A stretch of DNA of 64,000 nt, from NCBI GenBank assembly GCA_946186665.1, contig CAMHOE010000002.1, positions 31,014 to 95,013 on the forward strand, read 5' to 3'. Source of the DNA: an uncultured Clostridia bacterium. GTDB taxonomy: Bacteria; Bacillota; Clostridia; Oscillospirales; Acutalibacteraceae. The position numbers and the translations under genes are program-made. The notes under the pieces are model-generated. The model was not told the DNA's origin, searched no databases, and saw nothing but the letters and a program-made list of their open reading frames with translations. Shown piece by piece: positions 25,055 to 33,318 of the stretch (the stretch's first letter is position 1; each line of letters begins with the position of its first letter).

Positions 25055-25408
25055 TTGCAGTATTTATATTCTTTCATTATAGGCGGTATGCTCTGCGTAA
25101 TTGCTCAGATCCTGATAGACAAAACTAAGCTCACTCCGGCGAGGATACTTGTCACATATGTTTGTGCCGGAGTACTTCTGACCGCCATAGGAGTATATGG
25201 ACCATTAGTCGATTTTGCAGGAGCCGGAGCGACAGTTCCCCTGACGGGCTTCGGCTATTCACTTGCAACAGGCATTGAAGAAGCCGTTGCAAAGGACGGC
25301 TGGCTGGGAGCTTTCAGCGGCGGACTCACAGCCTGCTCAGCAGGAATTGCCGCAGCGATATTCTTTGGACTTATCGCGGCACTCATAAGAAAAGCCGTAT
25401 CAAAATAA
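25055..25408 (+). CDS. spoVAE: Stage V sporulation protein AE (SpoVAE, C-terminal-type)
   Basis: GGMLCVIAQILIDKTKLTPARILV ... GAGATVPLTGFGY ... matches the SpoVAE family pattern. Probable TTG start at 25055 after GGAGTGGTGGA. Confidence 0.8.
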   Translation: MQYLYSFIIGGMLCVIAQILIDKTKLTPARILVTYVCAGVLLTAIGVYGPLVDFAGAGATVPLTGFGYSLATGIEEAVAKDGWLGAFSGGLTACSAGIAAAIFFGLIAALIRKAVSK

Positions 25409-25430
25409 TTTTTCTCGTTCAGATAAAGAT

Positions 25431-25632
25431 ACCCCTCCGGCAATAATTTACATTGTAAATCATTGTCAGAGGGGTTTTCGCGCTAACTTGTGGTTCGTAT
25501 GAAAACTGCGTCCATATCAAACCTACTATAATTCGATTTTGCTTTAGCAAAATCGTACCGCAACTATTCACTATTCTCTATTCACTATTCTCTATTCACT
25601 ATTCTCTATTCACTATTCTCTATTCACTATTT
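25431..25632 (+). repeat. Mosaic repeat: M7 (stem acccctc/gaggggt around ATTTACATTGTAAAT), M8, and a long H2 array with 14-bp super-period x5
   Basis: cctactataattcgattttgctttagcaaaatcgtaccgcaa then (ctattcactattct)x5. The final unit contains the mnmA TAG stop (25627-25629). Confidence 0.9.
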
Positions 25633-26703
25633 CTGTCTTCCTCCGCAGATCACGAGGTCGCCGATGTACGCTACTATAGCCTGACCGGGAGTTATTGCCC
25701 TCTGGGGTACGTCGAACACAACTTTTATACTGCCGTCTGCTAATGGGTAGAGAGTCGCAGGCTGTTCCTTCTGATTGTATCTTACTTTTGCGCTTACCCT
25801 TATCGGTTCATCAGGACAAGCTATTGAGAGCCAGTTCACATCATCTGCATACACTGTTGATGAAAACAGATCTTCATTATCTCCCAGCACGACTGTGTTG
25901 TTTTCTATATTTTTTGATATCACATAAGCCGGCTTTCCAAGCGCGATACCCAAGCCTTTGCGCTGTCCGATAGTGTAGCGTATTATTCCGTCGTGCTCTC
26001 CAAGTACATTTCCGTCCTTATCAACAAAGCTGCCCTTCGGGAACTTCCTTCCGGTATACTTTTCGATAAAGCTTGCGTAATCTCCGTCAGGTACAAAGCA
26101 GATATCCTGACTGTCCGGCTTTGAAGCATTGAGCAGTCCGTACTGCCGTGCTATCTCTCTGGTTTCAGATTTTGTAAGCTCCCCCACCGGAAACAGCGTT
26201 TTGCTGAGCTGCTCCTGTGTCATACCGTACAGAACATAGCTCTGGTCTTTGCTTTCATCTGCGCCTTTTCTAAGGGTGTATCGCCCTGTGCTTTCATCAT
26301 ATCTCCTGCGGACATAATGTCCCGTAGCAATATAGTCATTTTCAAGAAGCTCTGCCCTTTTCAGCAAAGCATCAAATTTTATAAAACGGTTGCAGTCGAT
26401 ACACGGATTAGGAGTAAGACCGTTTATATACGAATTGTTGAACTTGTCTATCACACATTCTCTGAAGCGTTCACCGAAGTTATATACATAATGGTCAAAG
26501 CCAAGCTTCTGCGCTACGAAACGCGCATCCTCAACATCATCCAGCGAACAGCAGCTTTTATGCTTATCAAGCTGTATATCCTCATTTGTGAAGAGTCTCA
26601 GGGTCGCACCTGTAACATCATAGTCTTTCATAAGAACAGCCGCCGCTACAGAGCTGTCTACTCCGCCGCTCATCGCCACAAGAACTTTTTTTCTTTCACT
26701 CAT
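25627..26703 (-). CDS. mnmA: tRNA 2-thiouridine(34) synthase MnmA
   Basis: VLVAMSGGVDSSVAA PP-loop, 358 aa from ATG 26703 (MSERKK), GAGGGA RBS. Confidence 0.95.
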   Translation of the reverse strand: MSERKKVLVAMSGGVDSSVAAAVLMKDYDVTGATLRLFTNEDIQLDKHKSCCSLDDVEDARFVAQKLGFDHYVYNFGERFRECVIDKFNNSYINGLTPNPCIDCNRFIKFDALLKRAELLENDYIATGHYVRRRYDESTGRYTLRKGADESKDQSYVLYGMTQEQLSKTLFPVGELTKSETREIARQYGLLNASKPDSQDICFVPDGDYASFIEKYTGRKFPKGSFVDKDGNVLGEHDGIIRYTIGQRKGLGIALGKPAYVISKNIENNTVVLGDNEDLFSSTVYADDVNWLSIACPDEPIRVSAKVRYNQKEQPATLYPLADGSIKVVFDVPQRAITPGQAIVAYIGDLVICGGRQK

Positions 26704-26716
26704 ATCTGTTGGTCCC

Positions 26717-27415
26717 TCAATCATTTATAACATCCCAGGGTGTCAGCATAGCTTCTATCCTGCCGGACATACTTCCGTTATCCGTAAGAAATATCACAGC
26801 AAGACGCCGGCTTCGCTGAGTACGCTTTTCAAACTCACTTCTGACCTCAAAGAGAGTGGCTGTTTCAGGCAAAAACAAGAACTTCTCGTTATCATGCTTA
26901 TCAGGCGGAAGCAGTTCTCTCAGGTCATCAAGTATCATATCATCCCTCAGACATTCAAAACCGTTTCTGATAGCGTACCCGAAAATTGTTCCAATGCTGA
27001 ACACTCCCACAAGCTCACCGCTTTCAAGCACCGGCACATGAGAAAATCCCAGCTTCTGCATTTTCTTCATGACGGTCTGCACCTTCTGATTAGGGCTTGC
27101 TTTCAGGATATCCTCAAAATGTGTTGCATATGATATAGCAAGCGGAGGTTTGCGCAGATACTCCGTAACTTCACGGAGCGACTGTATTATAGAATCGGAA
27201 GGCTCTACTACCGGCTCACCGTCCAGTTCGGAATGGTGCGAAAGAAAGTTGCGTATCTCTCTGCACATATTGAGCCGTTCTTTAAAGGCTCTGCCCTCCT
27301 TATCGTTTATAAACCTGACAACAGGACTTCCGTACTTTTCATCGTAATTATATTTCTTTGTCAGTTCCTCTTCAAGCATACGATACTGATTAAGGAACTC
27401 ATCCGCCTTACTCAT
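26717..27415 (-). CDS. CBS-pair domain protein with an N-terminal helical domain carrying an RNxxxH (HEPN-like) motif
   Basis: Two CBS-like repeats (..VMKKMQKLGFSHVPVLESGELVGVFS.. and ..RLAVIFLTDNGSMSGRIEAMLTPWDVI). The N-terminal domain ends in CREIRNFLSHH. ATG 27415 has an AGGTGA RBS. Confidence 0.6.
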   Translation of the reverse strand: MSKADEFLNQYRMLEEELTKKYNYDEKYGSPVVRFINDKEGRAFKERLNMCREIRNFLSHHSELDGEPVVEPSDSIIQSLREVTEYLRKPPLAISYATHFEDILKASPNQKVQTVMKKMQKLGFSHVPVLESGELVGVFSIGTIFGYAIRNGFECLRDDMILDDLRELLPPDKHDNEKFLFLPETATLFEVRSEFEKRTQRSRRLAVIFLTDNGSMSGRIEAMLTPWDVIND

Positions 27416-27428
27416 CGCTTTCACCTAT

Positions 27429-27447
27429 ATTCCACATTCCACATTTT
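27429..27447 (-). repeat. Minimal H1 heptad block just upstream of the CBS-protein RBS
   Basis: attccacattccacatttt. Confidence 0.6.
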
Positions 27448-27490
27448 ATTTATAAGCCTTTAAGTTTATTGGGTTTGCTGTCAGGTGTTC

Positions 27491-29092
27491 TCAGCTTACT
27501 TCATATCTCTCGGCAAGATATTCGTCATAGGACTCTGTTACATCCCTTATGCCGTCTTTCTCAAGCACTATTATTCTGTTTGCCACTGTAGATATGAACT
27601 CATGGTCATGAGATGTGAACAGCACAACACCCTTAAAGCTCTGTAAGCCCTTGTTCACCGCTGTAATAGACTCAAGGTCAAGGTGGTTTGTGGGCTGGTC
27701 AAGAATAAGACAGTTTGCGCCGAACATCATCATTCTTGAAAGCGTACAGCGAACCTTCTCGCCGCCGGAAAGTACATTTACAGGCTTGAACACATCGTCT
27801 CCGGAAAACAGCATTCTTCCCAGAAAACCTCTGAGGTAAGTATCAGTATCGTCATTTCCTCTTACATACTGACGTATCCAGTCCAGTATGCTCATGTCGT
27901 TGCCCTCAAAGAAGCTTGTATTATCCTTCGGGAAATATGACTGTGAAGTACTTATTCCCCACTTGAACTTGCCCTCGTCAGGCTCCATATGCTCAGTGAG
28001 TATTTCAAACAAGGTCGTTACTGCGATCTCATTATCACAAAGGAATGCCACCTTATCAGTACGCTCTATGCGGAAGGATACATTATCAAGCACCTTTTCT
28101 CCGTCAACAGTTTTTGAAAGGTTCTCTACAGTGAGTACCTCCTTACCGACCTCTCTGTCCATCGTAAATCCTACAAACGGATAACGTCGGCTTGAAGCAG
28201 GCATTTCCTCGACAGTGAGCTTTTCAAGAAGCTTTCTCCTTGAAGTAGCCTGCTTTGACTTTGATTTGTTTGCAGAGAAGCGCTGTACAAAGCTTTGCAG
28301 TTCCTTTATCTTTTCCTCAGTCTTTTTGTTCTGCTGTTTTATCATGGACTGAATAAGCTGTGATGACTCGTACCAGAATTCGTAGTTGCCCACATACATC
28401 TTTATCTTGTTGTAGTCGATATCCACCATATGGGTACAAACAGTGTTGAGGAAATGTCTGTCATGGGAAACAACTATAATGGTTCCCTCATAATCAAGTA
28501 TAAAATCCTCCAGCCATGCAATAGCCTTGACATCAAGGTTGTTTGTAGGCTCGTCAAGAAGTATTATTTCCGGATTGCCGAAAAGCGCCTGTGCAAGAAG
28601 CACCTTCACTTTTTCATTACCTGTAAGGGCGCTCATCATTGAATACAAAATGTCCTCCGAAAGACCAAGACCCTGTATCAGCTTTGAAGCATCACTTTCC
28701 GCTTCCCAGCCGTTCAGCTCCGCAAATTCCGCTTCAAGCTCCGAAGCTCTTATGCCGTCCTCATCAGAAAAATCCTCTTTCTGATATATCGCATCCTTTT
28801 CTTTCATTATATCGTACAGCTTTTTATTGCCGTATATTACAGTGTCAAGGACTGTATAGCTGTCAAAAGCAAAGTGATCCTGTTTCAGAACAGACATTCT
28901 TGTGTTTTCAGGTATTATCACCTCACCCTTTGTGGGTTCAAGCTCACCCGAAAGCACCTTCAGAAAAGTTGACTTTCCTGCGCCGTTAGCTCCTATTATA
29001 CCGTAGCAGTTTCCGTCTGTAAATTTCAGATCTACATCTGAAAAAAGCGGTGTACCGCTGAAATTTATCGAAACATTCGATACTGTTATCAT
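27491..29092 (-). CDS. ABC-F family ATPase (YbiT-like, two ABC domains, no TM)
   Basis: 533 aa with two Walker A motifs (GANGAGKST, and a weak one in the second half), LSGGEK signatures and an inter-domain linker. Confidence 0.85.
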   Translation of the reverse strand: MITVSNVSINFSGTPLFSDVDLKFTDGNCYGIIGANGAGKSTFLKVLSGELEPTKGEVIIPENTRMSVLKQDHFAFDSYTVLDTVIYGNKKLYDIMKEKDAIYQKEDFSDEDGIRASELEAEFAELNGWEAESDASKLIQGLGLSEDILYSMMSALTGNEKVKVLLAQALFGNPEIILLDEPTNNLDVKAIAWLEDFILDYEGTIIVVSHDRHFLNTVCTHMVDIDYNKIKMYVGNYEFWYESSQLIQSMIKQQNKKTEEKIKELQSFVQRFSANKSKSKQATSRRKLLEKLTVEEMPASSRRYPFVGFTMDREVGKEVLTVENLSKTVDGEKVLDNVSFRIERTDKVAFLCDNEIAVTTLFEILTEHMEPDEGKFKWGISTSQSYFPKDNTSFFEGNDMSILDWIRQYVRGNDDTDTYLRGFLGRMLFSGDDVFKPVNVLSGGEKVRCTLSRMMMFGANCLILDQPTNHLDLESITAVNKGLQSFKGVVLFTSHDHEFISTVANRIIVLEKDGIRDVTESYDEYLAERYEVS

Positions 29093-29112
29093 AAACTCTT
29101 TCCTTCCCCTTT

Positions 29113-29239
29113 TTTAAAATGTGGAATGTGGAAAGTGGAAAGTGGAATAGCACTTAGTGCCGCTCCTTGAACGAGAAGCTTTTGAACACTTTGGGCTTTG
29201 AGCTTTCCACTGACCACTAATCACTAATCACTAATCATT
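29113..29239 (+). repeat. Compact mosaic element bounded by heptad arrays: H1, central hairpins, reverse-complement H4
   Basis: aaaatgtggaatgtggaaagtggaaagtggaat ... gcacttagtgc ... ctttgggctttgagcttt ... ccactgaccactaatcactaatcactaatcatt. The last heptads encode the trmL C-terminus and its TAG stop. Confidence 0.9.
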
Positions 29240-29734
29240 CCATTTGTATTCTCTGAGCTGACCGTGATTGAGAAGCTCAGGAAAATCCCATTGTCTTAAT
29301 ATCTCATATGCCGCGATAGCAACGGAATTTGAAAGATTAAGACTTCTTGCGTCGCTTATCATTGGTATGCGCACTGTAGTTTTTGGATTGTCGAAAAGAA
29401 GCTTTTCAGGCAGTCCCTTAGTTTCCTTGCCAAACACTATATAGCACTTGTCAGGATAGTTTATATCCGTATATTTCTGTGGTGCTTTGGTGGAGAAGTA
29501 ATAGAACACTCCGCCTTCGTTTTTTGCAAAGAAATCGTCAAGTCCCTCGTAATAGGTTATGTCAAGCAGGTGCCAGTAATCAAGCCCTGCTCTTTTCAGA
29601 TGTTTGTCTGTCGGGGTAAATCCCATAGGTTTTACTATATGCAGCCTTGCGCCTGTTGCGGCACAGGTTCTTGCAATATTACCTGTATTCTGTGGTATCT
29701 CAGGCTCCACAAGAACGATATTAAGTTCTGACAT
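29231..29734 (-). CDS. trmL: tRNA (cytidine/uridine34-2'-O)-methyltransferase TrmL (SpoU/TrmH family)
   Basis: IPQNTGNIARTCAATGARLHIV plus the C-terminal SLNLSNSVAIAAYE trefoil-knot motif. Start most likely ATG 29734, which is 6 nt after GGAGGA. Confidence 0.85.
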   Translation of the reverse strand: MSELNIVLVEPEIPQNTGNIARTCAATGARLHIVKPMGFTPTDKHLKRAGLDYWHLLDITYYEGLDDFFAKNEGGVFYYFSTKAPQKYTDINYPDKCYIVFGKETKGLPEKLLFDNPKTTVRIPMISDARSLNLSNSVAIAAYEILRQWDFPELLNHGQLREYKWND

Positions 29735-29753
29735 TTTCATTCCTCCGGATGTC

Positions 29754-29785
29754 GTTAGTGATTAGTAGTTAGTTGTTAGTAATTA
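29754..29785 (+). repeat. H4 heptad array directly upstream of the trmL RBS, inverted relative to the array at 29207-29239
   Basis: gttagtgattagtagttagttgttagtaatta. Confidence 0.85.
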
Positions 29786-29880
29786 CTCCGATCGAACCGA
29801 CAGATAAGACACGAGAAGCCCTGCTGTGGGTTCAGGAGCAAATCCCCTGAGGAATCAGACAGAAGCAGCCGTTACAAATA

Positions 29881-29918
29881 AAACAAAAATGGTGCATCGT
29901 ACAGCTTACAATGCACCT
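29881..29918 (-). terminator. Intrinsic terminator after accA
   Basis: Stem ggtgcat/atgcacc followed on the minus strand by ATTTTTGTTTT. Confidence 0.7.
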
Positions 29919-29956
29919 TGTGACCGTACCGCAGGGTCTGACGTTTTGCGGGACGA

Positions 29957-30727
29957 TCAGAATTTGCGGAAACGATTGTATCTCATGTCAATGAGCTTGT
30001 CGGGGTCGATAGCCGACTTCTTTCTGAGAGTGTCCGCAATTAGCTTTTTTAAGCTGTCCACAAGCTTGCTCTCTATGTCTTTTGGCTCCCTTATTATCCT
30101 TTCGATAACTCCTAACTTAAACAGATCCTGAGCCGTGAGCTTCAGACATTCAGAGGCTTCGGCTGTCTTGCCGGGGTCCTTCCAAAGGATACTTGCACAA
30201 CCCTCCGGTGAAATAACAGAGTAGATCGCATTCTCCAGCATCCATACTTCATCGGCTACTGCAAGGGCAAGCGCTCCTCCGCTGCCGCCCTCACCGATAA
30301 GAATTGAAAGCACCGGTGTTCTGAGAGTCATCATTTCCATAAGGTTTTCAGCTATTGCCTGACCCTGTCCGCGCTCCTCTGCACCGATACCGCAGTATGC
30401 GCCTGAGGTGTCTACAAAACAAATAACGGGTCTGTGGAATTTCTCTGCCTGCTTCATAAGACGCAGTGCTTTTCTGTAACCCTCCGGATGTGCAGAACCA
30501 AAGTTTCTCTGCATCCTCTCCTTGAGATCTCTGCCCTTTTCAAGACCGATAACTGTTACCGGCATACCCTCAAGCTCCGCTATTCCGCCGATAACTGCCT
30601 TGTCATCAGCAAAACGCCTGTCGCCGTGAAGTTCGAAAAAGCTGTCTCCGAACATCCTTGTTATATAATCTATTGAGGTAGGTCTGTCGTTGGCTCTTGC
30701 CGCCGTAACGTGATCATACGCACTCAT
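29957..30727 (-). CDS. accA: Acetyl-CoA carboxylase carboxyltransferase subunit alpha
   Basis: Crotonase-fold CT-alpha motifs (FVDTSGAYCGIGAEERGQ, GEGGSGGALA). ATG 30727 has a GAGGAGG RBS and overlaps the accD end. Confidence 0.9.
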   Translation of the reverse strand: MSAYDHVTAARANDRPTSIDYITRMFGDSFFELHGDRRFADDKAVIGGIAELEGMPVTVIGLEKGRDLKERMQRNFGSAHPEGYRKALRLMKQAEKFHRPVICFVDTSGAYCGIGAEERGQGQAIAENLMEMMTLRTPVLSILIGEGGSGGALALAVADEVWMLENAIYSVISPEGCASILWKDPGKTAEASECLKLTAQDLFKLGVIERIIREPKDIESKLVDSLKKLIADTLRKKSAIDPDKLIDMRYNRFRKF

Positions 30728-31616
30728 CCGTCTCAACCTCCTCATTTACAGCTGTACTATGAAGCCTGATAAGCTTTGCAAGTGCGGCTTTCATATCTTC
30801 TCTTTGTACCACCGCGTCTATAAAGCCCTTGTCAAGCAAAAACTCGGCGGACTGGAAATCCTTCGGGAGCTTTTGCCTTATCGTCTGTTCAATAACTCTC
30901 GGTCCCGCAAAGGCTATAAGCGCATGGGGTTCGGACAGGATAATGTCTCCCTCCATCGCAAAGCTTGCAGTAACACCGCCTGTGGTGGGGTCTGTAAGTA
31001 CGGTGATGTACAGAAGTCCTGCATCGCTGTGACGCTTTGCAGCGCCGCTGGTCTTTGCCATCTGCATAAGGGAAAGTATACCCTCCTGCATCCTTGCGCC
31101 GCCGGATACGGTGAATATTACTATAGGCAGCCTGTTTGCAGTTGCATATTCAAAAGCCCTTGTGATCTTCTCTCCTGTGACCGTCCCCATAGAGCCCATC
31201 ATAAACTGAGAGTTCATAACGGCGATAACAGTCTTTTCTCCAAGTATCTCGCCGACACCGGTAATTACAGACTCATTTTCGCCGCTACTGAGCTTTGCGC
31301 TTTTCAGCTTCTTGTCATAATCGGGAAAATCTATCTTGTTGGTAGAATTCATATCGGCATCAGCTTCTATGAAGGTACCTTCGTCTATAGTCATTTCAAT
31401 GCGCTGTCTTGCAGCTATCCTGAAATGGTAATTGCACTTCGGGCATACCTTATGATTGTCCATAAGGTCTGAGGAAAGGATAACATTCTTGCACACGGGA
31501 CATTTTATCCACAGCTCTTCGGGGATGTACGGATGGTTCTCCGCAAACTCCCCCTGATTTTCCAGCTCGTTTTTGGGCTGCAAAAAATTGAACAGATTCT
31601 TTGTCAGATTATTCAT
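30714..31616 (-). CDS. accD: Acetyl-CoA carboxylase carboxyltransferase subunit beta
   Basis: N-terminal zinc ribbon CPVCKN...CPKCNYH followed by the CT-beta domain. Confidence 0.9.
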   Translation of the reverse strand: MNNLTKNLFNFLQPKNELENQGEFAENHPYIPEELWIKCPVCKNVILSSDLMDNHKVCPKCNYHFRIAARQRIEMTIDEGTFIEADADMNSTNKIDFPDYDKKLKSAKLSSGENESVITGVGEILGEKTVIAVMNSQFMMGSMGTVTGEKITRAFEYATANRLPIVIFTVSGGARMQEGILSLMQMAKTSGAAKRHSDAGLLYITVLTDPTTGGVTASFAMEGDIILSEPHALIAFAGPRVIEQTIRQKLPKDFQSAEFLLDKGFIDAVVQREDMKAALAKLIRLHSTAVNEEVETDECV

Positions 31617-31706
31617 AAACTAACCAACCCTCGATCATATATTATAATGCACAAGAAAGCACCGAACAGGATATTACTATATTCAGTGCTTTCGTATATG
31701 TCGGTC

Positions 31707-33062
31707 TTATTCTTTTTCTTTTTCTCTTTCCTGACGCTCTGCCATAAAGCTTGTGGTATATTCTCCTGAAACAAAGGCAGGGTCTGATAAAATATCAATA
31801 TGAAGATTTCTGTTGTGCTTTATACCATTAATGGTAAGCTCACTCAGTGCCATCTTCATCTTGCGAATAGCCAGCTCTCTGGAGCGAGCCTGAACTATAA
31901 GCTTTCCGATCATGGAATCGTAATACGGAGGAATTGAATAATTCTGGTAGATAGCAGTATCAAAGCGAACGCACGGACCTCCCGGTATATGTATGAAATT
32001 GAGAGTGCCGCAGCTTGGTATGAAGTTGCGGTCGCAGTCCTCTGCGTTGATACGGCATTCTATCGCATTACCGTGCATATATACCCTGTCCTGTGTTACG
32101 GTGAGCTTTGCGCCGGAGGCAATTCTTATCTGCCACTGCACAATATCAATGCCCACTACCATTTCCGTTACAGGGTGTTCTACCTGAAGTCTTGTATTCA
32201 TCTCCATAAAGTAGAAATTCTTATCCTTGTCAAGCAGGAATTCTACCGTTCCGGCATTTTCGTAATTCACAGCCCTTGCCGCCTTTACAGCAGCCTCCAT
32301 CATTTTCTTTCTCATGTCAGGTGTAACGGCCGGGGACGGACTCTCCTCTATGAGCTTCTGGTTCTTTCTCTGAACAGAACATTCGCGCTCCCCAAGACAC
32401 ACAACATTTCCATACTTATCGCACAAAAGCTGCATCTCGATATGCTTTACAGGAGTGAGGAACTTCTCCATATAAACCGCGCCGTCGCCAAAGGCACTCT
32501 GCGCTTCAGCCTTTGCAGAGAGAAAAGCATTGTCGAAATCCTCAACACGGTCTACCCGTCTTATACCTCTGCCGCCGCCTCCGGAACGTGCCTTTACAAG
32601 CAGCGGAAAGCCTATCTCAACGGCGTTGGCACGGGCTTCGTCAAGGTCATCTATGACATCGCTTCCGGGTGTTACCGGAACACCTGCGTTTCTCATGGTT
32701 TTTCTTGCTTCGTCCTTATCCCCCAGCTTCTCTATCATAGCTGAGGAGGGACCGATAAATTCTATATTACACTTTTCACAAAGAGACACAAACTTTGCAT
32801 TCTCAGACAAAAGTCCATATCCCGGATGTATTGCCTGCGCTCCCGAAACTACGGCAGCTTCAAGTATCGCAGCCATATTAAGGTAGCTATCAGCGACCTG
32901 AGGGCCGCCTATACAGTAGCTCTCATCCGCCATACTAACATGAAGCGCGTCCTTATCCGCCTGTGAATATACCGCAACAGTAGATATACCCATCTCACGG
33001 CAGGCGCGTATTATCCTTACAGCTATTTCGCCTCTGTTGGCTATCAATATCTTAGAAAACAA
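31707..33062 (-). CDS. accC: Biotin carboxylase
   Basis: FSKILIANRGEIAVRIIRAC, ATP-grasp domain, about 450 aa. The start is either TTG 33062 (preferred; GAGAGG 8 nt upstream) or GTG 33071. Confidence 0.9.
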   Translation of the reverse strand: MFSKILIANRGEIAVRIIRACREMGISTVAVYSQADKDALHVSMADESYCIGGPQVADSYLNMAAILEAAVVSGAQAIHPGYGLLSENAKFVSLCEKCNIEFIGPSSAMIEKLGDKDEARKTMRNAGVPVTPGSDVIDDLDEARANAVEIGFPLLVKARSGGGGRGIRRVDRVEDFDNAFLSAKAEAQSAFGDGAVYMEKFLTPVKHIEMQLLCDKYGNVVCLGERECSVQRKNQKLIEESPSPAVTPDMRKKMMEAAVKAARAVNYENAGTVEFLLDKDKNFYFMEMNTRLQVEHPVTEMVVGIDIVQWQIRIASGAKLTVTQDRVYMHGNAIECRINAEDCDRNFIPSCGTLNFIHIPGGPCVRFDTAIYQNYSIPPYYDSMIGKLIVQARSRELAIRKMKMALSELTINGIKHNRNLHIDILSDPAFVSGEYTTSFMAERQEREKEKE

Positions 33063-33159
33063 TATCTGCACCTCTCATTCTGCCCTTCGGACAGCTTCGT
33101 AACAACACAGGGAGTTCTCCCCTGCCAACGCTCTTCCTCTGCGGGCTGCACATAAAACA

Positions 33160-33315
33160 AGCTCAAAGTAGTGGTCAGTGATCAGTAGTTAGCGGTTAGT
33201 GTTCAAAGCCTCCCCTTCAGGGGAGGCGGCACAAAGTACCGGAGGGGTCCCATCCGATACAGCCGCAGTTCTTTACAGAACGCACAGCAATTCCACTTTC
33301 CACTTTCCACATTTT
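33160..33315 (-). repeat. Compact mosaic element, inverted version of 29113-29239: H4, M7 hairpin, M8 fragment, reverse-complement H1 abutting the fabZ stop
   Basis: gtagtggtcagtgatcagtagttagcggttagtg ... cctccccttcaggggagg ... ttctttacagaacgcacag ... attccactttccactttccacatttt. Confidence 0.85.
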
Positions 33316-33318
33316 ATA

